This document shows, one piece after another, positions 1-23,385 of a stretch of DNA of 64,000 bases. How positions within the stretch are numbered: position 1 is the stretch's first letter; each line of letters begins with the position of its first letter. The translations under genes were made by a program, and so were the position numbers. The stretch comes from the human T2T-CHM13v2.0 reference genome, Homo sapiens. The stretch lies in NCBI RefSeq assembly GCF_009914755.1, contig NC_060946.1, one strand, 5' to 3'. The notes under the pieces were generated by a model. The model saw nothing but the letters and a program-made list of their open reading frames with translations. It did not search any database and was not told the origin of the DNA.

Positions 1-22
1 GGAGAGCGGGCCCAGGCCTCAT
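1..22 (-). CDS. PKDREJ: PKDREJ start of CDS (MRPGPAL...), continues off the left edge
   Basis: Reverse complement reads ccggcgccATG AGG CCT GGG CCC GCT CTC = MRPGPAL with G at -3, in a CpG-rich stretch. This matches the recalled PKDREJ N-terminus and its head-to-head position next to TTC38. Confidence 0.85.
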
Positions 23-469
23 GGCGCCGGCCCAGGAGAAGCTGGGAGAGGCCGCGAGGCGCGCCCAACCGCCACCGGGGTCGCGGGGATAGTGAGGGTC
101 TTGGGGACAGTGGGGGTCTCGGGCGTCGAAGGGCGCTGGCAGAGGGGTCCCAGGGACAGAGTCCCAGAGAGCAGCTGGGACCTCGGAGCTTGGGGTCAGT
201 CGGCACTGGGGACTTCTTGGGTACCTCTTCCCTCTCCGTCCCCAAGTGTGTGCAGGCCCAGGGTCAGGATGGCTCAGGAGGGCAGTTCAGCCCCGTGCAG
301 ACCACAGAGCTGACCACGGAGAAGGGGCTTCAGCAGGAACCCTTGGGAAAGCCAGTCACAAAATGGGAGATCAGGAGGGAACCGTGAGATCCCTGGGCGC
401 CCAGGAAGGTCTGACTCTCGGTTTCTTACTTTGGGGTCGCTTTGCTCTTTTCTTTCTAGTTGGTTTGGG

Positions 470-900
470 GGTTTTGTTTTTTGTTTGTTTGTTTGTTTGT
501 TTGTTTTTTGAGACGGAGTCTCTGTCACCCAGGCTGGAGTGCAATGGCTTGACCTCAAGTGATCCACCCACCTCGGCCTCCCAAAGTGCTGGGATTACAG
601 GCATGAGCCACTGTGCCTGGCCTCATTCTTTAACTCTGTCCATTTTTGCTGTATATTTTGGGACTTGATTGATGGATTGAATGATTTTAGAGACAGGGTC
701 TTGCTCTGTTGCCCAGGCTGGAGTGCAATGGTGCAATCATAGCTGACTGTAACCTTGAACTCCTGGGCTCAAGGAATCCTCCTGCCTCAGCCTCCCATAC
801 TACAGGTCTACACCACTACACCTGACTGATTTATTTTTTATTTTTGTAGAGATGGTGTCTTGCTGTGTTTCACAGGCTGGTCTCAAACTCGTGGTCTTAA
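470..900 (-). mobile_element. Two antisense Alu fragments (internally deleted AluS-like, then AluJ-like)
   Basis: Alu consensus blocks (cccaggctggagtgcaatgg; cctcccaaagtgctgggattacagg) and a (TTTG)n tail. Confidence 0.85.
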
Positions 901-912
901 TTGGCCCTCCCC

Positions 913-1260
913 TGTATTAGTCCGTTTTCATGCTGCTGATAAAGACATAACCAAGACTGGGAAGAAAAAGAGGTTTAATTGGACTTACAGTTCCATATGG
1001 CTGGGGAGGCCTCAGAATCATGGCAGGAGGCAAAAAGCACTTCTTGCATGGCAGTGGCAAGAGAAAATGAGGAAGACGCAAAAGCGGAAACCCCTGATAA
1101 AAGCATCAGATCTCCTGAGACTTATTCACTACCACAGAACAATATGGGGGAAACTGCCCCTGTGATTCAGTTATCTCCCACCCGGTCCCTCCCACAACAT
1201 GTGGGAATTATGGGACTATAAGATGAGATTTGGGTGGGGACACAGAGCCAAACTATATCA
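913..1260 (-). mobile_element. THE1-family (ERVL-MaLR) LTR, 3' LTR of the element
   Basis: Starts tgtattagtccgttttcatgctgctgataaagaca and ends gagatttgggtggggacacagagccaaactatatca, the reverse complement of THE1 LTR termini. Confidence 0.9.
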
Positions 1261-3131
<1,871 letters not shown>

Positions 3132-3204
3132 TATTAGTACTCAGCTCAAGTGCAAAATTTAAGGGTGGAGGGGCACCAAAAACTCAATAATCAAGACAAA
3201 TTCT

Positions 3205-4105
<901 letters not shown>

Positions 4106-4229
4106 AAAACAAATAATACTTCAGTGCAATATTTCAAAAATCAAAACTAATGCAAAAAGTCCATGATGAACAAAATAGCATTTTAAATAAAGGCCAGATC
4201 TGCCCGTGCACTTGGTTCTACGCCCTTGA

Positions 4230-5000
4230 TTCGTGCACCCTGGGGCGGGGGCAAATTAAACTAGGGGAGCCCATTGGACTGGGGCTGGTGTGTGGCTGAT
4301 GGCAGAGTTCAGGCCGGGCCAGACCGGGCCAGTCCAGAGGGAGAAGCCGCTACTGCAGGAGACAGAGCGATTTTTCCGCTGCAAATCCTTGAGAAGGGAG
4401 GATGGAGGCGGCGGGACGACCCAGTGAAGCCGGCCCCGAACGCCAAGTGAGTGTGTGCCGTGCGCGCGCGGGTAGCTGCCGACCGCAACGACATAAACTT
4501 GAAAGTGACCGCTGTCCCGGAGCTCCCTGCTCCCAAGGGACCCGTCGCGTTGCAGAGTTGTCCGGTCGGGCCTCTGGGGCGGGCCCGGATCCTGGACCAG
4601 GGCCAGTCTGTCCGAAACCCACCAGTGAGCGAGCGGGAGAGCGCGGCCGCCCCGCCCCGCCCCTTTCCGCGACCGCCCCGCCCACTCCCAGGAAGGCCCG
4701 GGTGCCCAGAGCTCGCGGTGGACTCCGACCCGGCGCAACATGGCCGCAGCCTCGCCTCTGCGCGACTGCCAGGTACACGGAGGCTGCCCCCAACCAGGTC
4801 CCCCTCGGGCCCCGGGTCCTGGGGGTGGCCCGGTGCTGGCGGAATAACGGGAGACATGGCCCGGGCGCGGGGCGTGGGGTGAGCCCTGGGCGCACGGGCG
4901 CGTCCGCGGCAACGCCTGGAAGGGACCCGAGGCCCTTCTTGTAGAGTCCCCACCGAGGGAAATAAGGGACGCCTGTCAGGGTACTCGGGAGACCCCAAGA
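4230..5000 (+). promoter_or_regulatory. TTC38: TTC38 CpG-island promoter
   Basis: Dense CpG, GC boxes (ggggcgggg about 4242; gccccgccccgccc about 4648-4663), inverted CCAAT (attgg 4273-4277). It spans exon 1. Confidence 0.85.
4740..4772 (+). CDS. TTC38: TTC38 exon 1 CDS (MAAASPLRDCQ)
   Basis: aacATGG strong Kozak; donor CAG|gtacac. Confidence 0.93.
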
Positions 5001-5213
5001 CCTCCTAAAAAACGTAGCTCACTGGGCATGGCTGGGGACGCAGGGAAGCCCGCAAAGGTAAGGGGCTCCTTGGAACCGGCCCAGGACTGGGAGCCTGAGC
5101 CCATTTTACAGATGAGGAAGGTGGAGGTCAGAGGGGCCAGGAGACGTGTGTGTGTTGAAGTTTGAAGGGCTCCTGGAGAGAAGGCACTGCTATTCCCTTC
5201 TTGCCGTCTGTAG

Positions 5214-6008
<795 letters not shown>

Positions 6009-6487
6009 CTAGGCTGTGCCAAGACCTTCTGCCACATTACCAGTCATTTCTCTACCAATGAAGGGTCCTATAGTTTTAGAACTAGGAGAAGTCTCAGAAG
6101 TAAGATCCAACTAGCTTCCTTGACAAGTGGGGAAACTGAGGCTCAGAGTTGAACCTACTTGACTTGAAGGTTGTCCATGAATTACAGGCAGAACCAGGAT
6201 GAACCTGGGCCTAACTGCACTGATAGAAACCTAAGCTGACCTTGGCGTGGGTGGTGAGGCCCCTGCATACTGACTTCATCCACATAACAGGAGGACTCAG
6301 GTAGCTCTTAGAAGCCTACGGGCTGAACAAGAGAGGACTGATGGAATGCTGTGAGCTGCGCCATGGGTGCCTCTCCTGTTCCCAGCCTGCCCTGCCAAGG
6401 GACTCTGCTGTGGGCATCTGAGTTGTTTGTTTATTTTGTGTTTGACCTGGCTCACTTGCCCTTCCTGTATCTCGCCGGCCTCTGTAG

Positions 6488-8957
<2,470 letters not shown>

Positions 8958-9007
8958 AAACCTGGATTTAGAGCCACCTTTGTTAGAATGATCCAAGGGC
9001 TCCGTGA

Positions 9008-9121
<114 letters not shown>

Positions 9122-10524
9122 TAACGCCTTCCCTGGGTGGAGGAGCCCCGCTTCACACATCCAGCCCCTCTCTTTCCTTTACCACAGGGACACAGTTGGG
9201 ATGGGGAAGGCAGGTTGGGTGGCAGCAACCAGGGTGGCATTTGCACAGAGGGAGAGAAGATGACAGCTGCCTTTGTGTCTGGAAAAACAGTCACTCCCAT
9301 AAAGATGCCAGGTTCTATCAGAAGGCATTTTTCTCATCTTTTCTTTAATTACCATCAATTCGGGAATGAAGATGCTGATCTCATTTCTCAGATGAGGAAA
9401 CTGAGGGTTGGCAAGAGTAAGACTGTACTTAAAGCCACCCAGCTGGTGGTTGACCCCTGGGATTAGATAAAGCTTCCTGAATCCAAGGCCCAGACCCCTG
9501 GAACATGAGAGGTGGCTGCTGCAGCCTCCGTCAGGGGACCAGTGAGGCCTCATCCAGAGTGGCCAGGGTGAGGTGGTGACAGAGGCTGGCATCCAGGCAA
9601 GCCATGTGTACAGCGGGCATGGGGAAGCCAGCACAGTGCATTGCAGGTGGGTGGTCCCGTGGTGCGGCAAGGTTCCGGGCCTGGGAGAAGGTCTGATGAG
9701 GGGACAGGGCTCTTGTCAGTGCGGCAGGGACACCCTTCTCACCCTGCTGCAGCCTAGTCAGACTTAAGGCAGGGGACTTGTACTGCCCTGGAGAAGACAA
9801 ACAAGGAAATAACTGGGGGAGAACGGGGGAGCCAAACCCAGTCATGGGGAGCCAGGAGCCAGGGGTGGGCTCGGACTCTCTGAGCAGACCTTGAGCCCTG
9901 ATCAGGGGGCTTCGACCACCTGAATCATCAGCTGGGCTGGGCTGGGCTCGACCATCGGAATCACCAGCTGTTTTCCAGGGTCCACATGGGTGGTCCTAGC
10001 ACACTATGGTTGGGTCCTGGGTCCCAGGCCTGAGCCAGTGACCAAGTTCCAAATGCCAGTGGACACCCTGGCTCTCCCACAGTGGGGCCTGGGGGCCTGC
10101 ACTCCTGCCAGCAAGGCTGCTGCGAGGGCCACAAGGCACTCACCCCCACCCTAACTTTTAGCATGTGTGAGCAGCACAGATGGGATCATGACTTCTGTGC
10201 TCCGGGGCCTCCTTGGTCCAGCCCCTTATGAGCAGCATCCACTGATGCCTCCCGGGAGCCGTGTGCTGGCTGTGGCGGTAGTGTCAGCTGATGAGCCTGC
10301 AGGCAGCCTCTAAGTGGCTCATCCATTGAAGGGGGAAGGTGCTTTAGACACTGGCACTCAGCAGAATGCCCTCACTAGAAAAATGTTCAAGGGTGCCTTT
10401 AGGCTTGCAGTTCCCTCCATGCTTGACAAGAGCCGAGGCTGAGTTCTAGACAGTAGGCAGGGCCACAGTGCCCAGCCTGCTGCTGCCTGGCTGGCCCCTC
10501 CTGGGACGTGGGGTGTCTCTGTGA

Positions 10525-10770
<246 letters not shown>

Positions 10771-11526
10771 TGAGGGGCCTCCCTGGGCTGGGAGCTGGCA
10801 CCCTGAGGCTGAGCTGGGGGAGTGGCAGGGTATCCCTTTCCTGATGCCCTTGGGACGGGGGCGGGGTGGGAGAATGCTTCTCTCCCTGCCTCCTGAGATG
10901 CTCTGATGGAAAATCGCATCCTGTCTGCTTCCCTATTCTTGGTGGAGTGCTGAGTGAGGAAGCAGTTGGTGAAGATTCCCAACTTAGTGTCCAAAGTAAC
11001 TTGCTTTGTTTCATTAAGTAAATTATATATTATTTTCCTTACAAAAATAATAGGGTCACACTACAGAAATTACTAGGTTAGGGAAGAGAGAAGAAAACAT
11101 GCTTCTTCTAGTGAGAAATAAACAATCAAATCAAATCTTCACCCATAAGTTCCTTGCTCTTGCACTGACTTTCACATCATCCCCCCGCTGTTCCTATGCT
11201 GGTTCCCTCATTCTCCGGGACAGCCCCCATGTCTGCTCAGGCAGGCGAGATGCCCTGCAGAGTTAGGCGACCCTAGCCGATTGTGCAGGGACTCAGGGAT
11301 TCCGAACCCTGAGACTGGGGAGGTGCGGCCTGGTCTTCCTGGTAAGTCAGCCCAGGTGTGGGTTCCACCTCAGAGACTTCCTGTGGCTGTCTCACGGTCT
11401 CCACTGGGATTATCTTTGGCAATTTGTTAAACCAGTTTTTTTTTTTTTTTAAATTGAACTAAAGAGTAAAAGTTCCCACTGGGTTTTCAGTTTGTTTTCT
11501 GATTCACAACCTAACATAGAAAGTGA

Positions 11527-11820
<294 letters not shown>

Positions 11821-11870
11821 AGAAACTGATTTTTAAAAAAACACATCCATGTAGACCATGACACTGGTGA

Positions 11871-12158
<288 letters not shown>

Positions 12159-12794
12159 TAATCTCTCTTTTCTGCCCTAAAAATATGGTGACTCTCTTGG
12201 CCCTGTCCTAAAAATAATGGGACCACTGTTGCTATTCTCCTAGTTCCTTAAAGTTCAAAGGCCTCATTTTCTTCACTTGATTTTCATCCCACCTGTGAAT
12301 GAGGTAGTACCATTATGTATCAGTCAGCATGGGATTGTTTTTGCTGCAGTAATAAACATCCCCTGGTTCTTCTTCCCCAAAGCTTATTACAGCAAAGGTT
12401 TATTTTTCACTCATACTACGTGGCTACCTTAGAAGGGCTGAGGGCTCTGCCACCATGTCCTTGTCTCCATCTGGGATCCCAGCTGATGAAGCAACTGCCC
12501 TCTGGACATACCTGTCACTAAGAGGGAAAAGCAAGCTTTCCTTGGGGGGCTTACAATGGCAATTAAAGGTTTAGAATGAAAGGATACCCTGCCACTCCCA
12601 AGTCATTGGCCAGAACTGATCACATGACCTCACCCACCCACAAGAGACCAGGAAGTACAGTTCTACCGTGTGCTTGGGAAGAGAAGAAGGCCTGGAATGT
12701 GCATGAACAGCCCCAGTGACCACCACACAGGACTGACTTCACTGCAGCTTCATTACAGAATAGTTGTGAGGTTCGGACAGGTTAATAAGCTGTA

Positions 12795-13650
12795 TTATTT
12801 AGTCAGCACTCTCCAGAGAAGCCCAGAGAGCTCTGAGACAGAGAGAGAGATGGAGATTTATTTTAAGGAATTGGCTCATGTGAGTGTGAGGGCTGGCAAG
12901 TTCAAAATCTGTAGGGCAGGGCAGCAAGCTGGAAATCGCTGCAGGAGTCAGCATTAGTCTTACATCTGGAGGCAGTCTGCAGGCAGAATTTCTTCTTCTA
13001 GGGGCCTCCGTCTTTCTCTTAAGGCCTTTAACTGATTGGATGAGGCCCACCCACATGGAGGGTAATCTGCTTTACTCAAATCGCATCTAGAAATACCTTC
13101 ACGAGACTGGGCACAGTGGCTTATGCCTGTAATCCCAGCTGTTTGGGAAGCTGAGGCGGTAGGATTGCTTGAGCCCAGGAGTTTGAGATAAGCTTGGTCA
13201 ACATGGCAAGACTCTGTCTCTACAAAAAGAAAAAATAAATTAAAAAAGTTAGCCAGGCATGGTGGCATGTGCCTGTAGTTCCGGCTACTCAGGAGGCTGT
13301 GGCGGGAGGTTCCCTTGAGCCCAGGAGTTTGAGGCTGCAGTGAGCTGGCGATCATGCCACTGCACTCAGCCTGGGCAGCAGAGCAAGACTCTGTATCTAA
13401 AAGAATATATATATTAAAAATATATATATTAAAAAAATATATATAAAATACATATATTAAAAATATATATTAAATATATATTAAAATATATATTAAAAAT
13501 TATATATTAAAATATATATATTAAATATATATATATATATAAACATATATATATATAAAAAATACTTTCACCGCAACACCTAGACTGGTGTTTCGCCAAA
13601 CAGCTGAGCACCACGGGCCAGCCAAATTGACAGATAAAAATTAACCGTCA
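12795..13650. mobile_element. MLT2-type (ERVL) LTR with nested AluJ (about 13108-13400, +)
   Basis: MLT2 hallmarks gatttattttaaggaattggctcatg and actgattggatgaggcccacccaca; Alu TSD aaatac(c/t)ttcac. Confidence 0.75.
13400..13560. repeat. AT-rich (TA)n low-complexity expansion of an Alu tail
   Basis: Visible imperfect TA/TAAA repeats. Confidence 0.95.
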
Positions 13651-13732
13651 TGAAACCTAATAGTACCTGACACACAGCAAACATACAATAAATAGCTTAA
13701 GTGTTGAGGATTAAATGACCCCAGTAAACAAT

Positions 13733-13742
13733 ACATATATAT

Positions 13743-13786
<44 letters not shown>
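13733..13786. repeat. (TA)n(CA)n microsatellite
   Basis: About 17-18 uninterrupted CA units. Confidence 0.97.
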
Positions 13787-13787
<1 letters not shown>

Positions 13788-14020
13788 TTTTAAAGATAAC
13801 TCTGGAAGCCAGTGCTTAAGAACATTGCTTCAATGAATAACAAAAGCTAGAATCAGTCTTCTTGCAAAGTAATGAAGCTAACATCTTAGTCTCAAACAGA
13901 AGCCCTATTGCCCTATTTTGTTTTCACTTAACCCCGAGAAACCACAGGAAAGAAAACTTGTTTCATGTGTGACCACCCTAGATACTCGGGTGCGCAGTTG
14001 CAGATGAGATTGGAAGTGTG

Positions 14021-14365
<345 letters not shown>

Positions 14366-14799
14366 CTAGCCCATCCTGGGCTGGGCCTGGGCTGAGGCTG
14401 AGTTGGACAGACAGGTCCCAGCCTGTGGGAGCTCCAGGTCTGGGGAGGACCCGGCCATTCACTGAGTGCATTCCAGGCCGGGCAGGGGACTGTGTACAGC
14501 ACTGCAGAAGTCAAGGAGGAGCTGTTGACAGCCCACAGGTCACGGAGGCTTCCCAGGGAGGTGCCCCTGGGTCATGCCTCTGGGTGGATGTCACCATGCA
14601 GACAGGAGCGGGAGGAGACCCTTGTTACTCTCAGTGGAGACCCGTGTTGATTCTTAGAAGGTGGGATGCTAATTGAGGAGCAGGGCCGCTCTCCGTGCTG
14701 GGCTTGGGGATGATTGTGCGGATGTAATGTTCACCTTGCCCCTCACCAGTCGGAAGCATGGAATTGCTGACAAGCACAGAGCTTGGCGTGGGGTTGGAG

Positions 14800-15502
<703 letters not shown>

Positions 15503-18295
15503 TAGTGTGAGCAGCTGCCGCCCGCCAGGGGCTGTCATTCACCTGTGGCCCCCCCAAAGTCCCCAGAGCCACGTTCCTTGGCTAACACTGGATCCACGTC
15601 TACAGATGAGGTTGATGGGGTACGGGGAGCCTGTGGTCAGCCTGCTCACTTAGGGTTGCACAGAATGGCAGGTCTGGGCTCCCACCAGCTCTGCCTGGCT
15701 CCGGAGCCCACACTGCCCTGCTGGGACAGGACTTTGTAGGAGGAGAAGTGTAAATAAGCGTTGGCTCTTCCTTCCTGAACTTCGCATTTCTAAGCATCAC
15801 TCACGGCACCAGAGGTTCAGGGAGCTGAGTGATGATCGCCAGTCATGATCATTGCTGGGTGCCCATGTGTACCTGGGCCCAGGGCTGGGTGGCAGGCTGC
15901 AGCTGTCAGGCCTGGGGCGCGAATGGTCTCACGCTCTGGGGGTCCCTCTCCTCTACTCCTCTTCTTGCAGGAGTGGAAACTGAGGCCCATGGAGGGGCTG
16001 CCATGCACAAGGGAGTGACAGCTGCTCCTGTGCCCGGCTCTGTGTGGCACTTCATGTGTGTCTGCTTGCATCCACACAGCTCTGCCCACGTGATGTCCAA
16101 CTCCTTGTTGCCCAGATGAGGGGCCCAAGGCTCAGAGGCCAAGGCTAGAGCCTGCCTAAGACCACATGGCTCAGAGATGGCAGAGCCGGATTCTACCCAG
16201 GCTACCTGGCAATGGCTGTCCTTTCAGCTGCCTGCTCCAGGCCCTGCCTCCCAACATCCTGGCTGGGGTTCTTCCCCCAGTAGTTGCCCTAGTCGGCCTG
16301 CAGCATCCTCTCTGGGAGACAGCATTGGGGCCCAAGGGTCGCTGCGCTCTCTGAAGACTGCTCTGATTACAGAATCCGAGACTTGAGGCTTGAGTGATGT
16401 GTTCTTTGCTTTAACTCTGAGTCAGGGCAGGTGGGGGACCCGAGTGGCTTTCTGACAGTCTTGGTTCCATGGCCTGGGTGACCAGACAGCACCATCCAGG
16501 GGTCAGCTGTAGGAAAGTCCCTTGGAGACCATGGTAGCTGGGCCCTCCTGTGGGTGGCATCCATCTGGGCACCTGAGAGCTCCTGGGACATTTGGAGAAG
16601 CTCTGGACAAGGGTAGCTGTGGCAAACCAGATGTGGCAAGTCCCCCGCACTGAGGGTGGCCAAAAAAACATGCAAGCCCATGCCTTGCAAGGAGCAAGAA
16701 GTGGTGGATAGGGTCCCCTCCCTTCTCCATTGCTCCCCTTTCGCCTCCTGTCCCTTGTGTTGCAGGCACCAACTCTTTGTCTTCAACACCAGCACCCCAC
16801 AGACAACTACTGGGCAGGAAAAGCAGGCTGTGATGGGGCCAGGAGTGGTAACACATGGGCTCTGTGTCTGCAGCCCCAGGCTGGTGAGGGTAGGAGGAGC
16901 CAGGGCAGGAGCAGGCAGGCGGCAGGCACAGGCACAGCCACAGAGCTTGGGGACCTGGAGCTCCATCCAAGTGGCTCAATGGGTGGAGGCTTAGGGAGGA
17001 GGCGGCAAGCCAGGGCTCCAGGAGCCAGGGCTGTAGAGGGGCAGGTGAGGACTGGATTCTGCTGGGCCTTGTAGCCTGGGAATGCAGTTTGGACTCCTTC
17101 CCACGGAACCATGGGAGGGCTCCAAGAGAGGGAAGATGCCAGTCAGCTCATCAGAGCTGGTGACAGCCACCACCCTTCACTCCTGCCATTCGTGAAAGCA
17201 GCATGCTTAGCAGGGTCCCGTCTCGGGGCCCCACGCCCGCCCTGCTTAGACTGTGCCCAAGTGTCCTGTACTCAGAGCCCCTGCCCAGGGGTGCCCACGG
17301 TCCCCTACAGACACACTTTCTTTCCCTCTGTTCCCACATGGAGTGGGCTGGGCCCACAAAAGCTGAGTGGTGGGCAGGGAGGCAGGGCTTGCTGGGGCCG
17401 ACCTCCTGCCAAAAGCCTCACAGGAGGTGCTGGGCCAGGGCAGAAGAGCTTGGGGCTTCTGGACCCCTATGAAAGGCGTGGGGAGACTGAGGCAGTGGGG
17501 CTGGCGGGAACTCATGATTTGGCATGGGGGACCTGGGCACAGGCCAGGCAATGGGGCTTCTGTGAGCCTCAGTTTACTGCTCCATTTTCTAAGCTCTGAC
17601 TGTGGCTGAGTAGATGCTTAGCAAACATGAGCTGAACACATAAATAGAAGAAAGAAACGGCTAGGAGGGGAGGATCATTCCATGAGTCCTGCCTGCCTCG
17701 CTGGTCGCTGTCAAGCTCACAGGTCATGGGAGCGGCTGTTGTCATGAACTGTGATAACCTCAGAGCCAGCTGTTTCTGCACCCAGAAAGCCACGTGTCCT
17801 CACATATATGGTAGTGGGAAGAGGCAGTCACAGCCACTGGAGGACTTGATAGTTCACACCACGTTCACATGGGCAGTAACCACTTCTCTAAGAGAAAGGC
17901 AGCATCCGTGGCCTTCCAGGCAGGCGGCAGCTGAGGCCCAGAGAGGGCGGGTATGTTTTGCAAGCACCTCAGCTGTATGCAGAATGCTGTGGGCTTGGGT
18001 CTGAGCCCTGGCTTTAGAAAGATCCTGCTGCTGTCCAGCTGGGTGAAGTCGCATAGCCTCCCTAAGACTCAGCTTCCTCATCTGTGAACTGGGCAGTGAG
18101 ACCCATGAGCTGGTGTGCCCGGGCAGGCAGGAAGTGGTGCTAATTGTCAGTGTTTTGAGTCAGAGCCCCGCCCCCCCACTTGCTCCACCCCGTTCAGCCC
18201 AGGCCCCTCTTGCCCCTTAGAGACCTGCCGTCGCCTGCCCCGGCAGCCTGACTGATCTGCTTTATCTGGAATCCTCTTCCCCGCACCCTGCGTAG

Positions 18296-18418
<123 letters not shown>

Positions 18419-19619
18419 TGATGCTTGTCAATGGGTCACCTCCCTGGGAAATTCAGTGCATCCCCTTGAGTCAGGCCAAGGCTTTATGGACAAGAGTTAC
18501 AGGGCATGGCTTAATTCTCGGGGTTCCCTCTCCTCCTCCACCTGCACCTGCCTCAGGTGTTTGGCTGCTGAGCAGAATGCAATCAAGATTCCAGTCCCCA
18601 CCCCAGGCCCATACCTTGCCCTAGGGACTCCACTGAGGGTCCAGCCCAGACTTCTCTGTCCTTACAGGGCCTGGTCAGGAGGAGCGAGCAGCCTCTTCAA
18701 AGCACATGAGCTGCACCATGACGGGGACCCTCTGTGGGATGTGGAAACGCAGAGGAAGCATTAAACTCAACTGGGCTTGGGGGGACAGTGGCTAGGGAAG
18801 GCATCCTGGAGGGGGCAACCTCTGAGTTGGCTACTGAAGGATGAGCAGGTGTGTGCCACACAGAGGGGGAAGATGGAGGGCATCCTAGCCCGTCACTAGC
18901 TTGAGCAAGGCCTCCAAGGCCTACAGTGGCCTGTGAGGGAGAGGAGAGCTGCTTACTTTGGTGTCCTAGAGCCCAGGTACAAGGCGGACATGGGCTGTGC
19001 AGGAGGCCTTGTCAGTCCCTCTTTCCAGGGGAGGCAAGGTGGTGTCCAGGCAGAGGCAGAAACGCCTGCAGAGGCCTCAGGGAAGGAAAGGCTAGCACCA
19101 TGGTGGAGGTGGGCCCTCTGGACAGACGGGGCTGCATCAGGTGAGCCTATTGGGCTCAAGGGAGATGGGGCCTCCCCTGGGACAGGGACACAGCGTCGCT
19201 CACTCAGCGTTTACTGAATACCTGCTTTGTATTTGGGGCAGCAAGAAATCAGGGAAGGGTGTGCACTTGGCTCCCAAGCAGGGGCCATGCAGTCTGAGCC
19301 TTGCTGCGGAGGATCCTCGGGCCTCCAGATTCGGCTCTGTCAAGGGGGCAGTGGTCAGGTTCCCTTCTCAGGGACACTGAGGTTTGTTTGAGGTTTCTGA
19401 GTGCTGGGCACTCTAGCTTGTTGAGGATCACGAGTCCAGTCTCCTGAGCTTGGAAATACCCTAGCAGGGGCCAGCTCTGAGCCCAGCACAGGTCCTACTT
19501 TAACACTGCTTCATACTGAGGGCAGCCTAAGGTAGCCACCCACATACCACCCACTCCCCTGGCTCTCGGGGCTTTGCCAGCACCTGTTGGAGTGTGGCCC
19601 TGGGCCTGTTGATCTCTGC

Positions 19620-20735
<1,116 letters not shown>

Positions 20736-21294
20736 TGACCATCTGTTTGCACTGTCTTATCCTATAAAGATGTCTAGAGGGAGAAAGATTTTTCTAGCTT
20801 TTGCTATGTATTCACATCCGTTGGAGCCCTGATGCAATGGAGCATTAACATTTCCAAAGAGCACTCTAGGCTTCAACCTTTTTAGGGATTTTTTCACTGT
20901 GGAGGCCTGGAAATCACATCTGTGGTGTATAACTTGCAGAGACCATTCAGAGCGAGTGCCTGTGGCTGGAGTGGAGAGCCAAGCCCCAACTCCGCAGGGT
21001 GTACCTGCCTGGGCCATGAGATCTTCCAACGGGAGCCAGGCTATGGGGCAGCTGCTCAGGACACCCTTGACCCCAGTGATTCCGCCACAGGGTTCCATGT
21101 ACAAGACTGTCACTTGCAGTGCTCCTTATCGTGCACAAAAGCTAGAAGCTCCCTGAATGTCCATAAAGTGAGAAATGCTGAGAACATGAGGGCCTTGTCA
21201 TGACATGAGAATGTGATGATACAGTGTCTGGAAGACAGCACAGAACCCAGCTAAATGTACAGGAGAGGAAACATATGCAGAAAAGAAAAAGGCA

Positions 21295-21660
<366 letters not shown>

Positions 21661-21937
21661 CTAGGAGAGAGAATGCTTCCACAGCAACTGTTTCTTCAGT
21701 GGTGGCGGCACAGGTGCTGCTGTGCTTTCTACACTGGGGAACCAAAGCCCCGGTTGGAAGCGGGTTCACCTTCTCCCATCCCGAATGCCACCAAGACACC
21801 GTCCGTCCACCTCTGAGAGGAGGTGGAGGCCGGAGACCATGTGCTCAGGGGTCTTTGGCCTGGCCGTTCTCAGTTCACGTGCCAGCATTACACTTTGCCT
21901 TCTCCAGGGTTTAATAAGGAGAACTTTATTCTTCCAG

Positions 21938-21976
21938 GGCGAATATGAGGCCGCGCTGACCATCTACGATACCCAC
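21938..21976 (+). CDS. TTC38: TTC38 exon 9 (GEYEAALTIYDTH)
   Basis: ttccag|GGC...CAC|gtaagt; 39 nt. Confidence 0.93.
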
Positions 21977-22304
21977 GTAAGTTGCATTCACACCGTGTTT
22001 GGTTTGTTGCAGCATTTTGCCTTTGAGTCTCAAAGAGACCAGATTTTTGAGTTCATCAGGATTGTCCCAGCCAGAAAAACAGCTGGAGCAAGAACACATT
22101 TCTTGTGTAAGGCCTCATGGGGTTAATTTTGCCAAGAGCAATGTTGTAACCCTGCCTATGATGGGGACAGTGGTTGGCCCTGCTCAACTCGAGGGTGCTG
22201 ATAGATTTACACATCTAAGGGCCTCACCTCTGCAATTGTGGACTCTCCTCCAGCCCTTTCAGATCACTTTTCTTTGGTAAGACAACTGGTCTACCCATAG
22301 GAAT

Positions 22305-23385
<1,081 letters not shown>

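Noticed and set aside
4256-4998. Several long overlapping ORFs (143-229 aa) on both strands
   Set aside because: They lie in a GC-rich CpG island where stop codons are scarce. They are Pro/Gly/Arg-rich with no recognisable domain; only 4740-4772 fits the spliced gene.
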